Assembly: GCA_014905635.1 (NCBI GenBank)
Contig: JABVCE010000011.1
Span: forward strand, 682,001-746,000
Length of the DNA stretch: 64,000 nt
Source: Scenedesmus sp. PABB004
Taxonomy: Eukaryota
Direction: 5' to 3'
The notes below the pieces were generated by a model. That model had not been told where the DNA came from. It did no database searches and was given only the letters and a program-made list of their open reading frames with translations. The translations under genes and the position numbers were made by a program. Shown here piece by piece: positions 1 through 10,500 of this stretch (within the stretch, counting starts at the first letter, position 1; every line of letters begins with the position of its first letter).

Positions 1-3000
1 CGGTCGGTCGCGGCTGGCGCGGCAGCACGGCGGGTTGACTGGCCACGCTCGCAGCGCGCTCGCCTGGCCGCGGTCGGCCCGGCAGCTCGCCACGCACTGC
101 GGGACGCAGCAGCAACACCTTTGCAACAGCAACTGCGGCAGAGATCCTGGGGGCGCGCGCCAGGCCGGCACGCGCGGCAAGGGCGGCCGCACGCGCAGCA
201 CGGGAGCAGAGAGAGAGCACGCACGCGGGCACCGCACAGCCTCAACACGCGCAGCTGCCAACACCCCGCGAACCACAACAGCCTCTGGAGGTCAACAAAG
301 CACTGCGTCGCCTGCTCTGAGCCTCGTCACCGCCGCCGCCCCGTCCTGCTGCCCCCTCCTCATCCGACGAGGCGCGGCCGGCTGTCGCCAGCGCCTGTGC
401 CATCTACTCCACCAGGCCCACCTCAAAAAAGCCCGGCGCCTCGCCAGCGCCACGCGCCGCAACCTCCGCAGCCGCCCACACCGCGCGCTGGCGCTCACAC
501 GGCGCCAGCACGTGTGCATCGCGAGCAAAGTGCAGCGCGCGCAGCCACGCCTCTGCGTCCTCCTCGCACAGCTCGAGGTCAAGCAGGTCCACCCTGACAG
601 TGCGCAGCCAGGTCATGCGTGCCAGGGCCATCAGCCCGGACGGTGTGCACGCGCTCCCCTCCGGCACGCGCAGGACCAGGGTCAGGACCTGCGTTGCTGT
701 GGTCAGCGCCTCCACCTCCGCGTCGTCGCTGGCAGAAAAGCTCAGCCAGCGCAGCCGGTTGAGCCCCGCCAGGGCGCGCAGCGCCGCCACGCGCTCCGCC
801 TGGGCGCTGGCGCTGGCGTCAAAGCTGGGCCCCGCCCACTGCTCGCACCCACACAGATCAAGCGCCGTCAGCCCGCTGCAGTGCGCGGCCAGCCGCTCCA
901 GCATGGTGGGCGGCCACGTGCCGCGCTGCACCGCGTCGCGCAGCCTGGGGAACGCCTCAAATGGCACCGGGCCGCTGCCCCACAGCTGCACCACCGACGG
1001 GCAGGCTATGAGTGCGCCGCCGACCCCGCCGGCAGCATCCTCCACCCAGCTGCCCTGCAGCCGAGTGAGCTGGCTCAAGCTGGCCAGGCACGGCAGCGAG
1101 GCGCGCGACAGCTGTTCGATGGTGAGCTTCTGCAGGCCCGTCAGCGCCGCCAGCGCCGCCAGGAGGTGCGGGTCGGAGCCTTGGTCCACCGGGACGTCCA
1201 GGACGGTGAGCCGCGTGCACCGCGCGAGGGCTGCGCACTTCGCCTCGCTCAGCGTGGGGTTCGAAAAGGTGCCGGACTCGCTCCGGCCTGAGTAGGCGTA
1301 GAACAGAAGGCTCCGCAGGCTGGTGCAGGCGGCGATGGCGGGCAGGCCTGGGTGGTCCGGCATCAGGGGCAGGTCGAGGTGCGTGAGCGCCGGGAGGCCG
1401 GCCAGGAAGCCGTAGTGCTGCGCATCGGCAATGTAGTTGGCGTCGACGACCAGGCTCGCCAGGCCGCTGACGGCGGTCAGCGCCGACAGGTGGCGCAGCG
1501 TGACGGTTGAGTGCAGCCGCGAATCGAAGCGCACCGCGACGCGCGTGAGCTGCGTCGCCAGGCCGACCACCCGCCACGCGGCGTCGCTGTCCGCCCAGCT
1601 GCTCCCGAGCACCAGCTCCAGCGACCGCAGGCCTGGCAGCGCGAGGTGCACCATTCCAAGCACGGGCGCCATGAACGCTGGCTCGCTGGCGGCGGCGCTG
1701 GCCGCTGCATCCACGCCAGGCATTGCAAGGTGGATCAGTCCAAATCCAAACATTGGCACCATGAAAGCTGGCTCGCTGGCGGCGGCGCTGGCCGCCGCGT
1801 CCAGGCGCAGCGAGGTGAGCCGCGGCAGCCTGCAGGTGCAGAGGCGGGCGGGCGGGGCGGGTGCGTGGCTGGTGAGCCGCCTTCCACTGCTGAGTCTCCT
1901 GGACAGCTGCTGGCCACACGCACGCGCGCCACCCGCTGGGACGCCGCCACGTCCCGGCCGACCGCGCGCGCTTGCCCGCCGCTGCTCACCTCGCGAGCGC
2001 GGGCAGCAGCGTCGCCAGCGGCGCGCCAGCGTCCTCGCTACTATCAATGGTGAACTCCACCTCGCTGCAGCCGGTGAAGCGCTGCCCCAGGCGCGCCAGC
2101 GAGGCCGCGTGCGCGCAGTCGGCGGCCCGCAGTGACAGCGCTGGCGCGCTGCTCTGCACGAGCCGCCGCGTCTCCCTGCAGGCCAGCGCGAACGCGGGAG
2201 CGCTTCCAGCGTCCGCCCGCAGCTTGGGCAGCAGCGCCTCCGCCCACACGCCGTCGTCCAGCGCCGCGAGCGCGCGCAGCAGCGGGCTCGCTTCGTCGTC
2301 GGGCGGCGGCGCGCCGTGCCAGGCGCGCGAGCTGGCCGCCATGGCGCCTCCTGGGCCGCTGCGAGGCGTCGGGAGCGCTATCGGGCGCGGGGCGCGGGGA
2401 GTGGGGCTGTGCGCGGCGCGCGCGGGCGGCTGCGGCGCGCGGCCCGCTGGCGGCGCAGGGGTTCAAGCCGCGGCGGGCCGGGCGGGCGCCTGCCGCCAGC
2501 CGCTCTGTGTGGTGGCCCTCAGCTGGAGCTGTGGCCTGGCGGCGGTCGCTGGCGGCTGGCGCGCAGCACGGGGGGCGCGCTGGCCTCGCTCGCAGCGCGC
2601 GCTCGCCCGGCCGCGGCTGGCCCGGCAGCTCGCCACGCACTGCGGGACGCAGCAGCAACACCTTTGCAACAGCAACTGCGGCAGAGATCCTGGGGGCGCG
2701 CGCCTGGCCGGCACGCGCGGCAAGGGCGGCCGCACGCGCAGCACGGGAGCAGAGAGAGAGCACGCACGCGGGCACCGCACAGCCTCAACACGCGCAGCTG
2801 CCAACACCCCGCGAACCACAACAGCCTCTGGAGGTCAACAAAGCACTGCGTCGCCTGCTCTGAGCCTCGTCACCGCCGCCGCCCCGTCCTGCTGCCCCCT
2901 CCTCATCCGACGAGGCGCGGCCGGCTGTCGCCAGCGCCTGTGCCATCTACTCCACCAGGCCCACCTCAAAAAAGCCCGGCGCCTCGCCAGCGCCACGCGC

Positions 3001-3180
3001 CGCAACCTCCGCAGCCGCCCACACCGCGCGCTGGCGCTCAAACGGCGCCAGCACGTGTGCATCGCGAGCAAAGTGCAGCGCGCGCAGCCACGCCTCTGCG
3101 TCCTCCTCGCACAGCTCGAGGTCAAGCAGGTCCACCCTGACAGTGCGCAGCCAGGTCATGCGTGCCAGGGCCATCAGCCC
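1..3180. repeat. Direct repeat, period about 2543 bp (1-~640 vs ~2541-3180)
   Basis: Near-identical sequence, e.g. ggcagctcgccacgcactgcgggacg at ~82 and ~2624; covers the family A 3' end and the intergenic region. Confidence 0.9.
404..2342 (-). CDS. Family A copy 1: F-box-like N-terminus + LRR solenoid protein (exons 2342-1990, 1829-404)
   Basis: ATG at 2342; AG|GTGAG donor at 1989, TGCAG acceptor at 1830; join is in frame (ALAR-LPRLTSL); LxxLxxLxL repeats; N-terminal LAALDDGVWAEALLPKL...FALACRETRRLV is F-box-like; TAG at 404-406. Confidence 0.75.
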
Positions 3181-3393
3181 GGCAGGCGTGCACGCGCTGC
3201 CGACCGCGAGACGTAGCGTGAGCGTGGTGACCTGTGTCGCCGCGGCCAGCGCCGCCACCTCTGCGTCGTCGCTGGCTGCAAACTGCAGTGCGCGCAGCTC
3301 CTTGAGGCCGGCCAGGCTGCGCAGCGCCGCCACGCGCTCCGCCTGGGCGCTGGCGCCGGCTGCAAAGCTGGGCCCGGCCCAGCATTCGCGCAT
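2947..3393 (-). pseudogene. Family A copy 2: 5'-truncated fragment (C-terminal ~148 codons)
   Basis: WAGPSF...GFFEVGLVE* matches the copy 1 C-terminus; homology stops at ~3385; only ~170 bp separates it from the DCC stop codon. Confidence 0.65.
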
Positions 3394-3565
3394 GCCGGGC
3401 TGCCGCCGCTGGGCGTGGGAGGTGCTGCAGGCTGGTGGAGCGCGCTGGCGGCGGCGACTGGCGCGCAGCGCGGGAGCGGCGGGCAGTGCGGGGTTGCAGC
3501 GGGGCGGTCGCCTGCGCGCCGCCGCTCGGCACGCAGACCGCGCGAGCCGCTCAGCCGCGGCGCCG

Positions 3566-4577
3566 TCACTCGCCCAGGAAGCGGTCAGCGAAGCCGTCGT
3601 CCGACACGCGGCAGCTGGCGGTGCGGCCAAACACCAGATACCGGTTGTTGGCGACCTGCATTTGCAGCGCGGCGCGGCGCGGCGCGCGGCGCGCGGCGGG
3701 GATCAGCGCGCGCGGCCCATGCGTGCCCCCGCGCGCGTGCGCCGCCGGTCATCACCCCGGCGCGGCAGGGCCCCACTGCCCCGCCCACCTGGTCGTACAG
3801 CGGGTCTCGAATGAAGCGCGGCACCGGCGCCGCGAGCGCGGCCAGCAGCTGCAGCGGCGCGCCGAGCGCCGCCGCGATGCGGCGCACCGCCTCGCTCTTG
3901 ACGTGGCAGCGCCGCTCCTCGACAAGAACGATGCTGGAGATGTCGTCCGGGGCTCGCCCGCAGCTGCGCGCGCAGGGGCGAGCGCGGCGCGGCGCGGCGC
4001 GCGCTGGGCCGCGGCGCTCGGCGCGGGGCTGCGGCGCTCGACGACGGACCGCGCCGCGCCGCGCGGGCGCCGCGCCGCACCGCGCGAGCAACTCGCGCCC
4101 GGGGCCGCTCTGCAGCGCCGCGAGGCGGAACGCGCCGGCGCGGTCCCAGTCGAGCATGAAATTCACGGCCCCGTTGCAGAGGTTGCACACGCCGTCATAC
4201 AGGATCACGGGGCGCTTGTCCGTGGCAAAGAAGTCGACCTCCGCTGCAGCCACGCTGGCGCGCTGCGCGCTGGCGCCAGACGGCTGCGCGCCGCCGGGCC
4301 GCGCGCCGCCCTGCAGCGGCGCCCCGGGGTCGGCCCCCGGCGCGCTCGCGGCCGGGCGGCGCACCCCCTGCTGCGCCCCGGGGTCGGCCCCCGGCGCGCT
4401 CGCGGCCGGGCTGCGCACCCGGGCGCGCCGCGACGGCCAGGCCGCGGCGCGCTGCGACGAGTGGCCGGCAGCGGCAGCAGCGCCGCAGCGCGGCCGCGGC
4501 GCGGGCTGCGGCTGCTGCGACTGCTGCACGACGCCAGCCACGACGCGCCACCCCGGCGCGCCGGCCGCGGCCTGCAT
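3566..4577 (-). CDS. DCC1/DUF393 thiol-disulfide oxidoreductase with probable transit peptide (exons 4577-4081, 3963-3789, 3655-3566)
   Basis: PVILYDGVCNLCNGAVNF (DxxCxxC), SIVLVE, RDPLYDQ|VANNRY..FG motifs; GT-AG introns join in frame. Confidence 0.9.
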
Positions 4578-4844
4578 GGGCGGCGCGGTTGCACGGCGGC
4601 GGAGCAGCTGCGAACGCGCGGCGCTCGTGCGGGCTGCGTGAGGCTCCTGGAGGGGCGCAGTGATGGCGGAGGGCAAGGCGCGCACGACGACGCTCGTTCG
4701 GCCTAGGTCGCTCGGCGCGACGCGGCGGCGCAAGGGCTCGGCGCTGCAGCTCCGCCGCCACCGCCCCGCTGCCGCACACCGCTGCCCGCCCGGCCTGCCC
4801 CGAGACGCCCGCCGCCAGCAGCATACCAGGGGAACGCAACCGGC

Positions 4845-7312
4845 ATGGCGGACGCCGCGGCGGCGCCGCACGCGGGCGCGGCCGCTGCTGCGGGCGCGCC
4901 GGGCCAGGAGGAGCTGCTGCGCGCGCTGGCGGCCGCCGCAGGCCCTCCTGAGCAGCAGCTGCAGCAGGAACAGCAGCAGCAGGAACAGCAACAGCAGGAA
5001 CAGCAGGAGCAGCAGGAGGGCGGCGACCTGGACAGCTGGGCGGCGCTGTATCGGGCGCTCGTGGCGTCGCTGACGCACACGGGCAGCGTGTTTGCCGGCC
5101 TCTCGCCGGAGACGCTGACGCTGGGGCTGTGGGGCCTCAGCCGCGCGCACGCCGCGGAGGCCGCGCGCGACGACATCCCGGGGCGCGCCGCGACGCTCGA
5201 CGATCGGTGCGGCGCGCGCGCGCGCGGTGCGGCGGCGGCCGCGGGCGCGCCGCGGCGACCCCCGCCTGCCGCCGCGCGCAGGGAGCTCGTGCGCGAGCTG
5301 CTGCGCGAGGCCGACTGGGCGCGCGCGTTTGAGGCCGGCCGCACGGCAGCGCAGGTCGCCGCGGCCATGGGCATCGAGGTGCGTGCTGTGGCTGTGTGTG
5401 CACCCTCGGCGTCGCGTGGCCCGCCCGCGCCCGCGGCACGCATCGAGAGGGAGCACAACGCACAACGCAGCGCGCCGCCGCCGCCGCCGGTCACGTGCGC
5501 AGGAGCGGGCCGTCCTGCTGCACGCGCCCGACTCGGCGCCGCTGCGGTGCGGCGCGACGCTGCCGGCGCACATGGTCGTCGCGGACGCGGCGCGGGCGCA
5601 GCTGCTGCTGCTCGTGCGCGGCACGAGCTCGCTCGCCGACGCAATGTGCGACCTCGTCGCACACACGGCGCCGCTCGGCCCCGGCGCGGCGCACGCGGGC
5701 ATGCTGCGCGCGGCCGACGCGGTCGTCGAGCGCTGCGCGCCGGCGCTGCGCGCTGCGCTCGCGGCAGCGCCGGGCCTGCGCGTGCGCTGCGTCGGGCACA
5801 GCCTGGGCGGCGGCGTCGCGGCGCTCGTCGCGCACCGCCTGCGCGGCGGCGCGCCGGGCGGCTCCGCGCCGCCGCTCGTGGCCGCGGGCGGCGTGTCGGC
5901 GACCGGCTTTGGCAGCCCGCCGGTCATGTCCGCGGCGCTCGCGGCTGAGTGCGCACCCTGGGCGCGCACGGTCGTACACAACGTGAGGCCCGCGGCGTGG
6001 GAAGGGGAGGGGGTGACCAGGGCAGCGGCAGGCGCGGGGCGACGGCGGCGGCGCGGCTCACCCGCGCGTGCGCCCGCGCCCGCGCCCGCGCCCACTGCCG
6101 CCGCGGCGCCCGGCGCAGCACGACCTCGTGCCCCGCACCTGCGTGGCGAGTCTCGCGGCGCTGCGCGCCGCGCTCGTGACGGCCGAGGAGGACGCTTACT
6201 CCAGCAGCGCCGCCATGGCCTGGCTGCGCGACCGCGGTGTGCTGGCGGGGGGCAAGACCTTCCTTTCGAGCCTCGCCGGCGCCGCCGCCGCGCGCGCGGT
6301 GCGCCACGCCTGGCGCGCGTGCAAGCCGCGCCGCGCACGTGCGCTGCACCGCGCGCCGGCCCGGGCTCACGCGGCCGCCGCCGCCGCCGCGACCGCCGCC
6401 GCCGCACGCACAGACCGCGGGGCGCCTCGCCGCGGGCGCCGGCGGGGGCTCAGGCGTGCAGGCGGCCTTCGCGGCGGCGGCGCAGAGCGGCGCGCCGCTG
6501 CTGGGGAGCAAGCTGAGGCAGCTGCACCTGAAGGCTGTGGGCAGCAGCGAGCAGCAGCCGCCCGCTGCGGCGGCCGCCCCAGCAGCAGCGGCAGCAAAGC
6601 CCGCCGGCCGACTCGGCTTTGCCGCAGCGGTGAAGCAGGCGGCGCTCGCGGCGGCTGCGGCGGCGTCTGCGGCCGCGCAGGCGCGCCAGCAGCAGGCGGC
6701 GGCTGGCGTGGGCGCGGGCGCGAGCGCCAGCGGCGGCGCGCCGGGCGGCGGCGAGCTGCAGGTGCAGCACGCCGCCGCGTGCGACGCGGGTGGGGCGGCG
6801 CCCGCCGCTGCTGCGCCAGAGCTGCTCCACTGCCCCGGCCGGCTGCTCTACCTCCGGCGCACAGGCGCGCGCCGGCGCGGGCCGGCGCAGCTCGCGCGCG
6901 GAGCGCCATGCTCAGGCGGCGCGCACGCGCACACGCACGCGCGCCGCGCGCACACATTTGCACGCGCGCGCCGCCTCGCGCGCCGGCACGCGCACGCGCG
7001 CCGCAGGCGCCGACGCGGACGCGCGCTACGAGCTGCTGGTGCAGGGCGCGGCCGAGGCGGGGCGCCACGCCGGGCGCATCATCATCACCCGCGCCATGCT
7101 GCGAGGTGTGCGCGTGTGCGTTTGTGTGTGACAGCGCGCGCGCGTGAGCGCGCGCCCCGCGCCGCCGGCCTAGCCGACGCGCCTCGTCCGCGCCCCCGCT
7201 CCGCCCGGCCACAGACCACTACCTCTCCCACCACATCGCCGGGCTGTGCAAGCTGCAGGTGCAGCTGCTGGAGGACGCCGACGACGCGCGCGCCGCCGGC
7301 GGGGGCGGCTGA
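4845..7312 (+). CDS. Class 3 lipase (alpha/beta hydrolase), about 6 exons
   Basis: LLVRGT, HAGM, VGHSLGGGVA nucleophile elbow, VHN|HDLVPR, PGRLLYL and final-exon DHY motifs; TGA at 7310-7312. Confidence 0.85.
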
Positions 7313-7540
7313 CGCCGTGCGCACCCGCTCTGGCGCCGGTCGTGGGCCAGCGACGGCGCGCGCGGCGGCGACGGCGGTGGTGGCAGCCCAGCTGCGCGGC
7401 CGCCGGCGGCGCGGCCCGCACGCGGCCCTGCAGTGGGCGTGCGCCGCCTGCCTGGCTGCTGAGCATCCGGCGCTCGCACGCATCTGAAATAGACAGTTCC
7501 CAGACGCGTCTCGCTCGCCCCCAAAGAACAACTGGCGCGC

Positions 7541-10500
7541 TCAGCGCCCGCCGACCTGGATGAGCGCGCCGCTCGGCCCAGTCAGCACGGCGCTTGCGAC
7601 CGCGGCGGAGAGCATCCGGCACTCCGCCTCACGCTGCGCGGCGCAGCGCTGGTCGTGCTTGCGGCACTTGCGCTTGCAGTCGCACGGACGGCACTTGCCG
7701 TCCGTGCCGCAGGTGGAGCCGGGGCAGCAGTCGCGCGGCGCGGCGCACGCCTCGCCGATCTGCTTGCACGCAAACGGCTTGGTGCACACGCCGCGCTTGC
7801 CGTAGTGGTCCCACTTGCAAGTGAGGCCGTCGCAGCAGACGCCGCCGCCGCTGCACTCGCCGCAGGGCTGGCCCTCGGGGCGGCAGCCCTCGCCCGGCTT
7901 GCACGCGTACCACGACGTGTGGATGCCGTAGACGGGCTTGCACGCGCTCGTGCTGTCGCAGCAGGGGTTGCAGCCGGGGAGCGTGCATGGCTCGCACATC
8001 CGCCAGGTGGGAACGCAGAACTGCGGCCGCGTCGGCGGCGCGGCGGGGCGAGTGAGCGCTGGTGGGGGCCGGCGCAGCGGTAGGGGGCCGGCGCGCGCGC
8101 GTTCTCGAGCAGCGGCGGGCACGCGCGACCTGCGCTGGGGAGGCGGCGCGCGCGCGCAGCCCGCGGCAGGCCGCCGACGCTCACCGCCGCCGGGCAGACG
8201 TCCACCGTGCAGTTCGCGTTCTGCGTCCACGTGCCGTTGACGCAAGCCGACTCGCGCACGGGCGCTGTGCACTTGCGTGCGATTGAGTCACAGCACGCGC
8301 CCGTGGCCGCCGGTAGGATGGGGCAGGCAACCTGGCTGCAGGTCAAGCCGCGGTTCCAGGTGCCGTCGTCGGCGCGGCACACTCTGGCAGTGCCCTCCGC
8401 GCACGCGCCGCTGGCGAGGCAGCACGCGCCAATGGCAGCAGGGCAGGCGGCGACCGTGCAGGCCTCGTCCTTTGCCCACTGACCGCCCTGCGCCTGGCAC
8501 CAGGCCGCCGTGGCGTTAGGCGTGCACTTGCTCTGAGCCGGCTGGCAGCACGCGCCGCGCGGGGCCACTGGCGGGTCGCTGCCACATGTCTTTGAGTTGC
8601 AGGTCTGGTTGGCGTAAAAGTTGCCCGCGTCCTGGGTGCAGGCGTTGAGCGTGTAGTTGTTGCGGCAGTCCTGTCCCACGCAGCACGCGCCAATGGCGGC
8701 AGGGCAGGCGGCGACCGTGCAGGCCTCGTCCTTTGCCCACTGACCGCCCTGCGCCTGGCACCAGGCCGCCGTGGCGTTAGGCGTGCACTTGCTCTGAGCC
8801 GGCTGGCAGCACGCGCCGCGCGGGGCCACTGGCGGGTCGCTGCCACATGTCTTTGAGTTGCAGGTCTGGTTGGCGTAAAAGTTGCCCGCGTCCTGGGTGC
8901 AGGCGTTGAGCGTGTAGTTGTTGCGGCAGTCCTGTCCCACGCAGCACGCGCCGATGGTGGGCTTGCGCGCGCACGTCACGCTCCCGCAGTTCTGGCCAGG
9001 GTTGTACACGCCGTCCACGCAAGCCGACTCGGACACCACCAGGCAGCGCCCGCTGCTGGTGCAGCACGCGCCGCCAACCTGTGGACGCACGAGCGGGGCA
9101 GGCGGGCGCCGCGGGTGAGCGGCAGCAGCGCGCGCGCGCATGGACCGGGCAGCAAGCAAGGGTGCGCTGCGCCGCGCCGCGCCGCGCCGCGCCCGCCCCA
9201 GCAACACAGTTGGGGCGGCTGTCCGCCAGCCATTGGCCGCGGCCACACGCGCGCCCGCGCGGGTCAGCGCACCACGGTGACACGCGCTTCCGCTTTGTTG
9301 TTGCCCTGGTTGCGGTCGTTGGTTGCGTTGGCCGAGGCACGGTTGTTGAAGCTGCCCGCACGCGCCGCCTTGACCGTGACTGCCAGCGAGTAGGTCCCAG
9401 CAAAGGCTAGGTCCCCGACCGCACAGGTGATCACAGGATAGCGAATGGTGCACCCAGTGTCTGCGCAGCAACGGCGGCGGCAGCACAGCACAGTTGCAGC
9501 GGAGGCAATTGGCGGCAGGCGCCGCGCCGCCGGGCGCCGGGGCAGCGGGCGACCAGGCGTGGCGCGCTGCCAGGGCCGCGCTCAAAGGCCAGGGCTTGGC
9601 TGCACGGCCCGCGCCCCGCAGGCGCGCGGCGCGCGCACCCGGCCTGACGGCAACAAGCTCGAGGCCGCCCGGCAGGCGGTCTGTGATGACCACGTTCTTG
9701 GCGCCGTCGAGTCCGTCGACCACGGTGGCGGTGAGCTTGAAGTCAAAGACCTGGCCGATCACCTGGGTGGTGGTGGGGCCAGTTTCGGTGATGGAAATGT
9801 CTGCAAGTGCGGTGGGGTCAATGGGCCGGTCCGCGCACACGCCCGATGGTGCTCCCGGCAACTTGTTGCAGACTGGCTTGCTGAGCGGGCACGTGCAGGT
9901 GATGAAGCCGCCGCAGCCGTCGGTGAAGGTGCCGCAAAGTCCGACGTAGGACGAGGTGCACGACAGGCAGGCAACCTGCACGGTGCTGTTGGCCTGGTCG
10001 TTGCTCGGGTTGGTGTCGCCGGTCGCGTTGACCGTGGCGACGTTGGTCCACGAGCCCGCGGCGGTGCCCTTGACGCGCACGCTGACAAACACCGTCTCCG
10101 CCAGCGACATGGCGCCGATGTTGCAGGTGATCGTGGCGCCCGAGGAGGAGCAGCTGCCCTTGTCGGGCTTGGCGGACACCAGCACTAGCCCCGGGGGCAG
10201 CGCGTCGGTGACGTTGACGTCGTTGGCGCCGCTGCTGCCCTTCTCCACGCGCACCGAGAGCGTGAAGTCAAACTCGGTACCGACCAGCTGCGGATCGGTG
10301 GGGCCGCTCTTGGCAATGGAGACGTCCAGGTCGCGGCTGGGGACAAAGGGGTTGTCGGAGCAAAAGCCTGGGTCCGAGTTGCCGCGCAGCAGGTCGGTCT
10401 GGTGGCAGTACGGCTTGTCGGGCGGGCACGTGCAGGTGATGATGGTGCCGCAGCCGTTGTCGTAGGAGCCGCACAGGTCGGGGAAGTCGTAGCACGTTTT

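Noticed and set aside
2450..2480. GGTTCAAGCC as part of a tRNA or SINE
   Set aside because: Flanks do not form a T-stem or cloverleaf and no A-box was identified
4321..4410. 54-bp tandem duplication in the DCC leader
   Set aside because: It lies in a low-constraint transit-peptide region; ordinary
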